From contig OZ316892.1 in the NCBI GenBank assembly GCA_973895155.1, positions 24,189,971 through 24,253,970 of the forward strand: a DNA stretch of 64,000 nt, in the 5' to 3' direction. Shown one piece after another: positions 37,111-49,544 of the stretch (within the stretch, counting starts at the first letter, position 1; every line of letters starts with the position of its first letter). The DNA comes from Marsupella aquatica. Taxonomy: Eukaryota > Plantae > Marchantiophyta. The position numbers were made by a program, and so were the translations under genes. Under the pieces are notes generated by a model. The model saw only the letters and a list, made by a program, of their open reading frames with translations, was not told the origin of the DNA and made no database searches.

Positions 37111-39089
37111 AAAGAGTCTTTTTCATTCATGCTAAGAACTAAGGTACATAATCCCAATCTACTTAAATGGTGTAATAATTTCAAAATGATTTAAAACTAA
37201 TTTGTCTAACAGTAACTAATGAGTTGCGAATACAACTTCACATCTATTTGAAATCGTTTTGACGTTGTCTAACTTTAGCGTCGAGCCCCGATTTAATACC
37301 AGCATGGCCAACAAGGATGCAGATAAGGATGAAGTGGCTCACAAGAGAAAGGGCAATGGTGAATTAAATCTAGGACTTGAAAAAAATGTACTCAAAGATA
37401 GTTTTATTTGATATTATTGAGTATGAAAAGTGAATTATTTTTTTCAATAAATCATTATAAAGGTTTGAAGAGCTCTATATGAGACCAATCATATAATCAT
37501 GTATTTTCTTATCAACGGATACACGGGTCTAAAATTATAGTGCCTCCAAGACACGTCCATGACCCAAATTTAAATTTATCACAAACTTTTAGTAACACGT
37601 TCGGACCAATTGATTCTTAGTTCTTGGCCATCCCCTAGGCAAAACTAGGTTGCTCTCAAACTTTCACTTTGCATTAGGTCTAGATCTCAATACCTTCAAA
37701 GTCTATTTGGTTCTACCTCCCAAACATCAGGCTCCCATGAAAATCAAATGTGGTTTGATCGTTGTTTGACTTTGGATCGGCAAGAAGAATTCTTCCTATT
37801 ATAAGACTCCAAATCAAAGTCATTCACAATTAGAAAGCACCATGAGCTAATTTTCTTCATCAACATTCCAACAAAAATCTGATCGCCAAGTTATGCATGT
37901 TTCGATTTCAAAACTTAAAATAATGTATATTTGTCGATTGCGATCAACTTGAGCCAATGCACTCATATATGCTTTTGGAGATGTGCCACCCTCAGACCAA
38001 CTTTTGTCCCTTCTCTTTGGCCCCCTCCCTAAGGGTCTGTGAGCTCTATCACTTAGCTCAAAACCCAAGATATTCAAAAAGCCATCATAACTTGGCCTAA
38101 AGCAAAAATTGGGCATTGAGAGCTAGGAGTTAAGGTCTAACAACCCACTCTGGTCCATGCATCCCCCTTAGTCAAAACACGTCTCTTGATGGATGACCAT
38201 TTTTACCAATCTTGGATTGACCATAATTTTTGGCCCCTAGGTCCGTTAAAGCACAACTGCCCTTCAAAAGCTACGGGATACCCGTAGTTATCATTGAAAA
38301 GAGATTTTTCCTGAAAGTGTGGAGCAAACTGGCATGCTAGAGGAGAACAGTGATTGAAATGTGAAAAAAAGGAGGGTCTTGGACACTTCCCCTTATATAA
38401 GGAAAGTTGTGGTTTAACCAAAACGTTGGATTCATGTGAGGTTTCTTGGGCTCATATGATGATCCATCGGAAAAATCATTTGTTTTTTTGTGATCAAAAT
38501 TACAATAATAAAGTTTGAATTGATCATAACGTTTGGCTTTTGGGTCCATTGGTTGAAAACTATGCACCCCCACGATTAGGCTCAAATGGGACTTCTTGGG
38601 TCATTTACGATAATTTATTGGAAAAATAATTCATTTTTTCGGGATTCAAACCAAACTATAAGATAAAAACTTGAGTCAATCATAATTGAACTATCTTTGG
38701 ATATACGTTTTTTAAACCTTGTTTTTGTTTTTATAGTCTCTTTTTCTTTAGTCACATTTTTCTTTAGTTACATTTTTATTTGTAACTTGGACCTAAGGAT
38801 CTAAATTAGTGACTTTGACTCACTCAAGTTATCCAATATGGAAAAATTAATTATTTAAAAAAAATCACCATATGGATCTAGGATGCTACACGTGAGCACA
38901 ATCATGGGGCAAAATATTTATAGATATATTGATTCATGAATCTAAAGTTATGGCCTACTTAAACTTGTAATCATGATTTGAGTCATTGTCGAATATAGAA
39001 AAATAAATTATTATTTTTTATTAATTATCCTAAAATTTGAAGATGCTTTGTATGAACGTAATCATGGGATCACATTTGTTTTTGACAAT

Positions 39090-39660
39090 TGACTTCAAAC
39101 AAATCACACATTAAAATTACCAAATCTTTAATTTTAACTTTATTAAAAAAATTAAAAATATTATTAAAATATAAATTAGTTTGTGAATTTTTTGGTTATA
39201 TTTTTAAGCATTATTTAAATAAAAATAATAAATTTAATATTAGAATATTAATAAATTTAAAATATATTTTTTAAGTTATTTAATTTTTTAGTTTAAATTT
39301 TAAAATTTTAATATGATATATAATATTTTGATAATAAGTATTATAATATTGAAAGTTTATGAAATATTTTAATTAATATTAAAATTTAAATAAATTCAAA
39401 TTTTTATTTTGATGTTAGTTAATTTAAAGTATATATCTGATTATATTTATAAAAATCTTATTTTAACAAATTTTAAATGAAAAATTAATTAATAAATTTA
39501 TTACTTTGATACAACTATTTATCAAATAAAGAAAAACAAAATTTAAATTTTGAAAAGACAAAATTCTAAATATAAAAAAATTAATATTATTTTAATCAAA
39601 TAACATTTTTATTAAAATCATTACAAAATAGTTATTATTTATATTATTATTTATTCATAC
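39090..39660. repeat. Extremely AT-rich low-complexity tract
   Basis: Almost only A/T over ~570 bp, ending abruptly at ~39660 downstream of SYP5. Confidence 0.8.
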
Positions 39661-40494
39661 CAGAACTCTCCATCTCTGGAATGAGACCTTCATGTGAGCA
39701 CGACCTTCCAGAACCACAGTAGATCCATCGAGCTCAGTCTCTGCCCAAAAACGAACGGGGCACGAACTCTGTAGAATCGTAGTATGGAGTGGTCAGGTCT
39801 TTCGATTGCGTCTCCAATTGATACAACTATTTTTTTGTTGCAGCAACTTCTTCCCAGCAAGTAACGCTAATAGTAGATAAGAGTTTGTGCCTGTCAATTC
39901 TATCCAAATCAGGATAATCCAGAGTGAAGAACATGTAAAGCAACGGGATTGGCGTGAAGAACTGCGCCCTCGGACGGTGAGAAAGCTGACTCAAGTAAGA
40001 GGCCAGAAAGTGCACTACAAAAATCACACTCAGATGTCCGCTTTGTTAAAAACGAATAGTGAATACAACAGCGAAGAATGCTCACATGGCGGGCAGATAA
40101 TGGACCACGGCTAATAGTTCATTTATCCAAAAATCATCATATCTCGATACAGATATTAGCTATACAATTATTGCTCATCTCCAAATCCAAAGTCTCCTTC
40201 GTGATTTTGGAGGTGATTTGGCGGGAGTGGAAGCTGGAAGCTGCAGTACCATGCAAGTATTCTCGAAGATAATTAAGGATTTCCGTCTGCCCTTAACTTC
40301 ATCAACCCTAGAATCACCATCAAGGAAATAGCTTGTAGGTACATCTCTATTGATGAAGGGCACCTAATTGCCCTTCATTGCTTCTGGTGGTATGTACAAT
40401 GTCAATAGAAATACAACCTCAAGTGGGAATCCGGTTTGACAACAAACTGCACTAGGTACGTCCTGACTTGGCCAGGCAGGTCTCATTGATAGGT

Positions 40495-43234
40495 TCATAG
40501 GGATTTCACCAAACTCAATGCGATCACAATAAGCAACACAATGGCAAGCAGCATCAAGCACATGCACATCATCGAGCAGCTCCTGTTCGAATTTTTGTTC
40601 AGAACTCCAAGTTTTCTGTGCGCAGCCTGCATAAAGAGAAGCAACGTGACCAGTCATGATCAGTACTTCCGAACAAGTTCGCCCATGTTTACCAGCCACA
40701 AAAACGAGGCTAGGAGTTGTATCCCCCGGGACGATGAAATGTAGCGAATCCGGTTCTAGAACAAAATTCACACATTTGCAAAAAAGCTTGACTGTGTCTT
40801 CTCGGCATCCTTTGTAGTAGACATGTTACTGAACTGAATTCTAACGAATGGCAGCAAACTGTTACTAATTGCGTCAAACGGAGATTAGGTAATTGCAAGC
40901 ACAACCGATCTTTCAAACAGTGATGGACATTCACTACAACAGGATACTTTTTGCTGAGAATAACTACCTTCAGTCGATTATTTGTATCGTCTGCTTCTTT
41001 ATCCATATCATCCTGATCACACAATAAAGTGCCAAGGTAAGGAAAACTAAGTATGAGAACAAAAGCTCATGTTCCAGGCGCAAGTCCATGAAGGAGATAT
41101 TGTTGGACGTGAACAAAACAGTGCTCAGAGGTATGGCCTAGCTGTTGACAATTGAGATGCCATGAAGAATCTCACCACTCTTGTTGAAAAATGCAAGCGA
41201 GTTCATATAACGTTGCAAAATCGTCTCCTTATAATATGTACTATAGTTTTGGATGCAAAAAATGAAATCCACACAGACTACTGGTCACCACGAATCAAGA
41301 GTATTCAAAAGAAAGTCTTGAGAGAAACGATAAGTGAGGAAACCCACCAATAGATGGTTATGCAAGTCCAGTTCCTCATTGACAGCCAAAGCAATGTGCT
41401 TCGTGCTGGTCACAGTTGCCTCTAGACCAGCCAGATCCTCGTCTTGTTCTGCGTAAGGGAAGGCACGAAGTAATATTGAGATTCACGTCAATATAACGGG
41501 TTGTCCTACTCATAGCAGCCAATCACCGAACAGAAGTTACGGCCAACAATACAGACGTTTTCGCTGCTATTACCTACAATGTCAAGCTCGCTACACTAGA
41601 CCTGGATGAACATTCTCTCACTTCACTTTGCTTGGAAATCCACAAGGTATTTCAAAAGATTCAAGTGACACGAAATTCCACTTTTTCACATTACTACAAA
41701 TATAGGTACCGTAAATAATTACGGAAGATGGATACTCTGGCGAGTAGAGGAACCTCCTTATTTCCATATACCAGCACTCCTCAGTGCACGCATCCAGCAA
41801 GGTTTAAGTGCTAAGATCTTTATGACTACGCGGTAACGAATGGCAGCTGTATCTACTACGAAGGTACGTCGTCTGTTTCAACGAAGGCTCGAGACTCACA
41901 ACCTCGTATTAGTCAGTGCAACTATATCTTAGAGATCAGAAATAAAGGAATAACTGGTAGCTGTCAACGAGAATGAAATAATCGAAGTTGTGGCCAGAAT
42001 TAGGTTAACTGAATGAAAACAGTTCCCCGCTAAGCACTAGGACGGAAAACACTTACACCATTTTAGTGGGCTTAACAGGCTAGTTAATGTGGTACCTTTC
42101 ATTACTTGCTTCTGAAGGTTGATAACTCCATAGTTATCTAAACCTTGGGTTTTGCTAGTCTCCACTGGCGGAGTCGAGCGTGCACCATTGGACAGAAGGT
42201 TCGCCCTGCATTTTATCATTAGTCAGTCTACGATTTCGAATGTCACGCATTAAGGGACGAGAACAGAGCCTGGTAGCCAAGTATCTTGAAAGGAATTGTG
42301 TGAGTATACCTGTTAGATGGTTGATCAGTACTGAGAGCCGCGGTCATTTGCTTAGTCCTAAAGCGAATGCCCAGAAGCATGTCTTGGCGACGGTACATCT
42401 CCTTCTCGGTTCTGCGGATCATGTACAGATTCAGTGTCATCAACGAATTCTTTCGGAACTCTCTGATAATCAAATCAGAGAGCCAGTAGGAGACATGTAG
42501 AGAAATGAACGAGATGTTCAAAATTCTCCAAGCAGTGAGGAGCAATATCGAGCCCACGCATTGTTTTTTAAGTACCTCTAGATACGAGACTGCGCCAAAG
42601 TCGACATGCGACACGATGCATGGAATCAGTGATAGTCCAGGGGCAAACAAGAACAGGAAACCTTGAATCCAGACCAGTTCAGAAATCTCCCATCGGCTAC
42701 GCTTAATGAATGCGCCGTTTAGATTTTGACCAAGACTTAAAATAACAGCGAATTCAATGAGCTTCACATCGAGGGGATGACCAATGGAGTCCAAGGCGCA
42801 TACCTCTTTTAAGAAAATGGGAAACACGGATATTACAACACACAGACCGGCCATTCAACCACCAAAGAGGCGGTACGAATCCATGCACCTTATCATGTCC
42901 TCTCGATCATCAATCTGATCTGCCGCAACAACCGACTCACGCCCTAACATGATCTACGACCAAAACAAGGACCGAGTCCAGAAGATACGGAATTGGCTGA
43001 GGGTCGAGCTTACATGTTGGTCTTCATCGGCGGGTTTTTTAGCAAGGACTCCAGCCGATCGAGCTTCGTGCCTAGCATAGTAATTTTCCGGCGTGTTGCC
43101 GACACCAATCGGGATGGGTCGGCACCAGACGCCAACATCATGTTCCGCTCATTAAGGCGGGCCAAAATGTCATCCGCAAGGCGCATAGCCTCTTCGAACT
43201 CCTTCAGCCATGAGTCGGACGCAGATTGCGCCAT
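40495..43234 (-). CDS. SYP5: Qc-SNARE syntaxin of plants SYP5 (SYP51/52-like), 6 exons, ~236 aa
   Basis: Exons 43234-43014, 42411-42310, 42205-42096, 41448-41348, 41012-40968 and 40626-40495 join in frame (711 nt). Motifs: DSWLKEFEEAMRLADDI, RRKITMLGTKLDRLESLL, SNARE motif LQKQVMKEQDEDLAGLEATVTSTKHIALAVNEELDLHNHLLDD, and a C-terminal TM. Confidence 0.93.
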
Positions 43235-44756
43235 CTCAATGTCCGCCACTCTGGCTATTTCGTCGCCGACAGTTGATCCCTTCCCTCCTCCTGTTGCTAA
43301 CTGGCGACCACACTCTCTAAAGTCTAACCATCCTCAGTCGACGAATCCCCAAAGACCTCAACCCTGGCCCTTCTGCTTCGCAATTCGTCTTCTCCTTTGC
43401 TCCTTCTCCTCGTGCTACGGTGACGTCCTCATTCCGGATAGAGCAACCCTCACGACACCTCCCTCGTAATGCAATCAACTCTTTCACTTCCGCTAATTCC
43501 CTGCAAGTAGATAAAGTACTTGCTAGTGCTGTCTTACTAGATGCAAGGACGCGGTATCCAGATTCGATGGCGTCCCTCCTTTCTGTCGGATGAAAGGCTG
43601 CTTTCCTGTACAAATCCGCAAGCCAAATCCACAAGCCGAGAAATCGTTACTGATGTACTCAAACCTAGTACTCTTTCACACCAGGGAGAAGCCGAAAGCA
43701 ATCCGTCAGCCGAGACGAAGATGTGCTCCAAACCTAGAACTCAGCACCATGCAGAAGAACGGAGTCCCTGACTAAAAGCCTGAGTTCCACCTCCTGTTTC
43801 AAAATCCTTCTCCTCACCTTCCCTTCCTTAGCTTGGTCCGCCCTACAGCACTTACAGTGCGGTGCCACCGTGCGCCTGCTTCCTAGATCCGTCCGCGTTT
43901 GACGCTGATTACAATGATGAATTGACCGATAAAGATGAAGAAGAGAGGTCGTAGGAATCGATTGCAAAAAGAATCACACGGGCAAACTGGCAAAAATAGT
44001 TTTGCGAGAGTTTCTAACTGGACCCGTCCACAGAGTCACAAAATCTGCCAGAGGTAGGTTTGCAGTCTCTAATAAGGGAACCCCTAACAAAGTCACCAAA
44101 CACAACCAAACACACTCACTAAACAAACGAACGAACGCTACTTTTTTTCCCTGTCACGCAATCGAGTTGAATCTTTCAAGGGGCAAGAGTCAAAAAAGGA
44201 AAAGCCAACGGGGCCACATTGTCACTGTACTCACAATAGAGACCTACGCGACTCCCTAACAGCGAGAAAAAATCCGCTCCTCCGCCTGGCACGCCGCGAA
44301 GAAAGCAAGGAAGCACGATCGACCGAGACGCAGCGAGCAAGCTGCGACTGGCCAAGGGTCCTGCCCTTCGACTTTCCAACGAGAGCTCAAAACGAATTGA
44401 ACAGAAGGCACGGGCCGGGGCCGCACAATCCAATCGTCCGATCGGCACGCACGCGAACATGCAGCGGTAGCACGAGAGCTCAGACCTCTCTAATAATTAA
44501 ATGCAAAGCACCTCAGACCAGAGCGGCACGGAAACCCGAGCACTCGAGCGAATTGGCAGATACACACATTGGCAGTGCTGCTGGTCTGTCTAGGCGCGGT
44601 GGCGCGGTGCCAACAAGCGCATTAGAAGCGCGGGACAAGACACGAGACGTAGCACAGAGGAGCGGCACGATCGAGGAAAGCTGGGTGACAATCGAGGACT
44701 CAAGTCGCAGAACCGGTTGTCCGGATTGCTGGCAGCGGCGTACTTTTATGCCCTGA

Positions 44757-45355
44757 CCGTTAGATTTCCCCGGATTTAACGGTTAACGTTAGATTCTGTC
44801 AAACGGGGTATGTGTAAAACTGGCAGATTTTAGCCAAAAAGTGGCAATTTCTGCACCTGATCATAGGACGGATTTTGGCAAATTATTTACGGACCGCTAG
44901 ATCTCCCTGCATTTGAGAATGAATGTTAGAATCTGACAATGGGGTAGGTGTCAAACTGGCTTGTAAAACTTGTCAAACTGACTTGTAAAACTTGTAAGAC
45001 TGGATCTAAGAATGAAATTTAGATTCTGTCAAATGGGTATGTGTAAAACTGGCTGATGGGAAACAAATCGATTGACAAATGTTTGCCAAAAATATGGCAA
45101 AAACTTTTGGAGGAGGTCTAATCTGGCCAAAATCAATTTTTGCCAAAAACTGGCAAAAAGCTTTTTGGGGGAGTTCGAATGTGGCAAAAATCTGTATCTG
45201 ATGATATGCAGGATTTTGGCCAGATTCCATCTCACTGTAAGGTTTTCACCACTTTTTGACAAAAACTGGTTAGATTTGTTATTCCCATCAGCCAGGTTTT
45301 ACACATAACCATTTTCGAGACTCTAACGTATAAACATAAATCCAGGGAGATCTCA
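44757..45355. mobile_element. Foldback / long-TIR MITE-like element with duplicated left arms
   Basis: tatgtgtaaaactggctgatggg (45038) is inverted at cccatcagccaggttttacacata (~45284-45307). agatctccctg (44899) is inverted at cagggagatct (~45343). The left-arm motif recurs at 44790-44850. The centre contains gccaaaa/ttttggc palindromes. Confidence 0.7.
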
Positions 45356-47384
45356 GGAAATAATTTGCAAAGACCACATAAGGTCTGGTTATAGCATTTT
45401 TTCTTTCACCAATGCTGACATTTGCTAGAGTAACGAAAAGTAAAACCCTTGAACATTACCCTGGCTGGGCTGGCAGTGCCAAACACGTCTCCGACCTCTT
45501 CAGTGTCCTGTACCGTAATGACTATACCGTATTTCTGGCAGCACTCTAATTTACACGCTTGGACAGTACGTAATTTAATCATACGTAGTGTAAGCACATT
45601 TCGTACCTAATCCACCGTAAAGATGCACAATTACAACACGGAACCGTACTTAAAACATAAATGCAGAAAGTGCTTTAGTGCAAAGTCCCTTTTATTAATT
45701 TTTTAGCATATAATAGAACTGGAGAGGTATATGTAGTGTATCTCCCGGAGCAAGTTTCTCTCTTGTCTACCAAAACTTTGAGATTCTCTCTCACCCGACC
45801 TTTGGACCACTCTCTCTAGTCATGTTTTTTTTAAGCTGCATTATTACACCGTCTGGTTTATATAGTATTGTGTAAAACATTTCATTTTTTGTCTTGTAGT
45901 GACTGTAAATGACTATTCCATAGTATTTGAGAGGATTGAGTGTCAAAAGTACAACACATGTCAAATAAAAATACATTTCACATAATGATCAGGAAAAGTA
46001 AGGACAGGTCCTGAAAACTTGTGCAAATAAAGTATAGATTCTCATTTGCCCTAAGGACACTCAAATCAATTTGTGCATATTAAGGTAATGACCACAAACA
46101 TAAAATTATCAAATAAGCGTACGAGGAGAAGTAAACGACAAGGTGTCCACACCTCAAAGTATCCATTCTCTATCATTCACTAGAATTGGTAGAAATTCCG
46201 TGAAATTTGCTAAAGAGAGTGGCACATGATTGAAAACTAAATGTACTGGGAAAGGAAGCTCCATGATAGCAATATAAATAATATATATAGGGGTGAAAAA
46301 TAATCTAAATTCTAAAATCACACAAGAGATGGACCTCGTGATGGCACATTGAAAAAACAAAAAAACAAAAAACCTTAGTAAGACAAAATTCTGAAAGGTG
46401 GATTGGCCATATATAGAAGTGTCATAAAAATAGTACCCTCATATTGTTGTTGTTGGTCATATGTAGGAACATTCTGACGCTTTGAGAATTCTTTTTTCAA
46501 AGAGGGCTTGCTAGTTTTGGCAGAGCTGGTCGGTTGGCTTTTTATCCCAGCCTGTGTTTTGAGGAAAAGCGCCTTTGCTATACTAAAACAGTAGTTTACA
46601 TTTTGATGTTGGGATTTTAGTGTACTGGTTCAAATTTTTGAATTTGAGGTGCGGGGTGAGGTGTTCAGATCTAATGTAAGTAGTTAATTACCGTCAATCC
46701 CACCGTTAATCTAAGTCGGATACAGGACATCTCTATCCAGTGCATGGTTTTTGTAATGATAGCATCGCGCGCTATTATGACCCACGTACGAAAACTGCTT
46801 CTGTTGTGTTTTTGCCCTTATATTTTGTGTCCAATATGGATTGTAACTTCAGAACATGTTTTGGTGAACTCTCAGGTTAACTTTGAATTGTGGACTCCTA
46901 ACTTTGGACAAGCAATCAAATGAGGAGTGGTTGTTTGTTTGTCAAGAAAATGCATAAGAAAATTCTTGACACCTCAAAATAAGGTCTCTACAAAGTGATT
47001 TTTTTCCGGTTTCTTGTTATCAGTTTTGTCATTTGTTGTTTGCTTTTGTTGTTAGTTGTCACCAGGAAAACCGTTGCATGAGGCTAGTGAATTCACTACA
47101 AAAGAAAGATGGTATCGTATGATTGATTCAAGAATGATCATGAAGGAGTTGAAGGCGCTTGCCAACAAATATGCCCATAATCAAACCCTTCCCATTTGGA
47201 TTTTCCGGATTTATTGTGAGAGACAAAATCTTCTGGTGGTCTATAAATGGGAAATGTTAAACTCTTTCTTCCCATTGTTAAAAATATCATTTATGGACTC
47301 AAAACAATCAGCACATCTTGATCTATCCAGTGAGCCACAACAAGTCTTGTTCCTCCTCACGAGCCAACCATGACAACAAAAATA

Positions 47385-47637
47385 GCTTTGAGCAAGAGCT
47401 TAAACTCTATAGTTTGCCAAAAGCTATTTTAGAGATCAACTTTTGTTCATCCCATGACACTTGGTGTTTGCTTTGAGCAAGATTTTAAGCTCTATAGGTT
47501 GCCAAAAGCTATTTTAGAGATCATTTTTTGTTCATCCCATGACACTTGGTGTTTGCTTTGAGCAAGATTTTAAGCTCTATAGGTTGCCAAAAGCTATTTT
47601 AGAGATCATTTTTTGTTCATCCCATGACACTTGGTGT
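47385..47637. repeat. 85-bp tandem repeat, 3 copies
   Basis: gctttgagcaaga at 47385, 47470 and 47555; copies 2 and 3 appear identical. Confidence 0.9.
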
Positions 47638-47722
47638 GCAAAAACCAATAAATCCTACACTAAATGATTGGCCCCACCTAATATACATATGGATTTGATG
47701 AGCTATGGCATAATGTACAACA

Positions 47723-47902
47723 CTTGGGAGTTTCACTTCCACAAAGATGTCACATCATGTGCGACAAAGGATATGGTCATTTTATTGGTGTAAGGGAAGA
47801 CTTTAAAAAATTTTAGAAGAACAATAAGGTCTCTTAAATTCAATTTTGAGACCTAAAAACGTTGCAGGTAATAGGGAGACTCCCATATAGTGAGCCCCCG
47901 AG
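47723..47902 (+). mobile_element. 180-bp hAT-type MITE with perfect 8-bp TSD
   Basis: TIRs cttgggagtttcact / agtgagcccccgag; flanked on both sides by gtacaaca (47715-47722 and 47903-47910). Confidence 0.85.
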
Positions 47903-48849
47903 GTACAACATCAAAAATAAAATCTACTATTCCCCAAAAGCCCCCCATCCAAAAGTAAGTATTTTCAACTTCCACCAAAAATTTCAATCATTAAATTTTT
48001 ACTTCACACCAAAACCCCAATCAGTAAGTTTCACGTACCAATAGAATACGCTCACATTGATCTATCCAATGAGACCATAACATTCGAGTTCCATGCAACA
48101 AAACTCAAACAAAATTGTTGGCAATGTTTGTCAAAATGCCTAGCACATCTGAACATGCTTTGATACCAATTGATTTTTAAACAAATGACCAGTACTCAAA
48201 GACAACATGCATGTGTGCAACATTAAACAAACACAAATTGTCAACACAAGAGATTTTATAGGGGTCAAGAATTATTTTTTCTTACATTTTAGAGAGTTTG
48301 AGACCTAAAAACGTCGTAGGTGATGGGGAGGCCCCATATTGTGAGAACCTTATTTTGACCTATCCTATTTGGACTGAAATGTGTTCCAGGCTTTCAACCT
48401 CCTTTTCGTATATGTGTCATGTGTAAAGTCTTTCTTAATGGCAAAATTAGTCTTCCCAACTTTTGGCAAAATTTACTATATTTTTGTCTTCCTTAGCCAA
48501 TTCCTCACCTAGCCACATGCCACATTAGCCAGAATCTAACGGTCATTTTTTTATCTATAGATGTCTGACAATCCAAAATTAATCTAGGACAACTAGATAA
48601 GGAATATTCATAGCATTTTTGTCATAGATTATAAAATTTACAAATTGTGCTAGTTATGTCCTCTGGGTCTATTTTTAAGACCTGAGCTATACAAAAGATT
48701 GAATTCAATACCTCTCCCCTAACGAGCTATGTATTCTCCTGAATAGACAACAGAATATTATTGATCATGAGCTATGCCAGTATAGAAGTTCATTTGCTAC
48801 CGGAAACATTCTCATTGCTGCTGACCTTGTCAACCCTGATCAAGCTTGG

Positions 48850-49544
48850 AAAACTTTGGAGCAGATCAATGGTGCCACAAGAATTACCACAAGTCATGAC
48901 TTGGTGTTGCCAACACAGGTCATGGAGCTTTTGCACTCATCTACAGGACACACTACCAACAAGCTCGTCAACGTTGGGGGATGGGCTTGGAGATGGGTAC
49001 AATGCAAGAAAAAAGGTGGGACCTCCAGACCAAAACCTGGGCCCTGATGCTACAGTTACACAACATACCCACTGAACAACTCAATAGACGATGGTTCTCC
49101 TTGGACACACAACAAATCTGGAAACGACAGTGGAATCAACTCTGGAATGTCTGGTCTTCTCACAACGTCAAACTTACTTGATTTTTGGAAGATTCTCAAT
49201 GCTGGGGTTTTTACCAATTTTTGTGCTCTTAAGTGGGAGGTTAGCCATGGGAAGTGCACTGCATGCCAAGAGCACAATGAGACCATCGAGCTTATGTTCT
49301 TTCAATGCCCCAGATTGTGACCTAGATGGAGTCAACTCAAACACATAAGTGGGGGCACTGGACTTCACAAAGCCATTGGATGCTTCTTCTTTGGCAAGGT
49401 AGACACTGCCATTCGCTCACAGAAGCAAAACCCAAGTTACCTCGTTCTCATCCACCAGATGATCTACAGTATTTGGCTGGACAGAAATCAATGCACCTAC
49501 CATGCCAACGCCACAAGGTTTCCCCTTCAACTCATTCTGCATGG
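48850..49544 (+). mobile_element. LINE (L1-like) remnant, zf-RVT region, interrupted by the Copia insertion
   Basis: Translation LNRRWFSLDTQQIWKRQWNQLWNVWSSHNVKL followed by a frameshifted C..C...ETIE.MFFQCP motif; resembles the 18600-19060 remnant. Confidence 0.6.

Noticed and set aside
42243-42854. 203-aa ORF as an independent gene
   Set aside because: Only 42411-42310 is coding (SYP5 exon 2); the rest is intron read-through.
47385-47637. CRISPR-like periodicity in the tandem repeats
   Set aside because: Units are repeated end to end with no unique spacers, there are no cas genes, and the DNA is eukaryotic.
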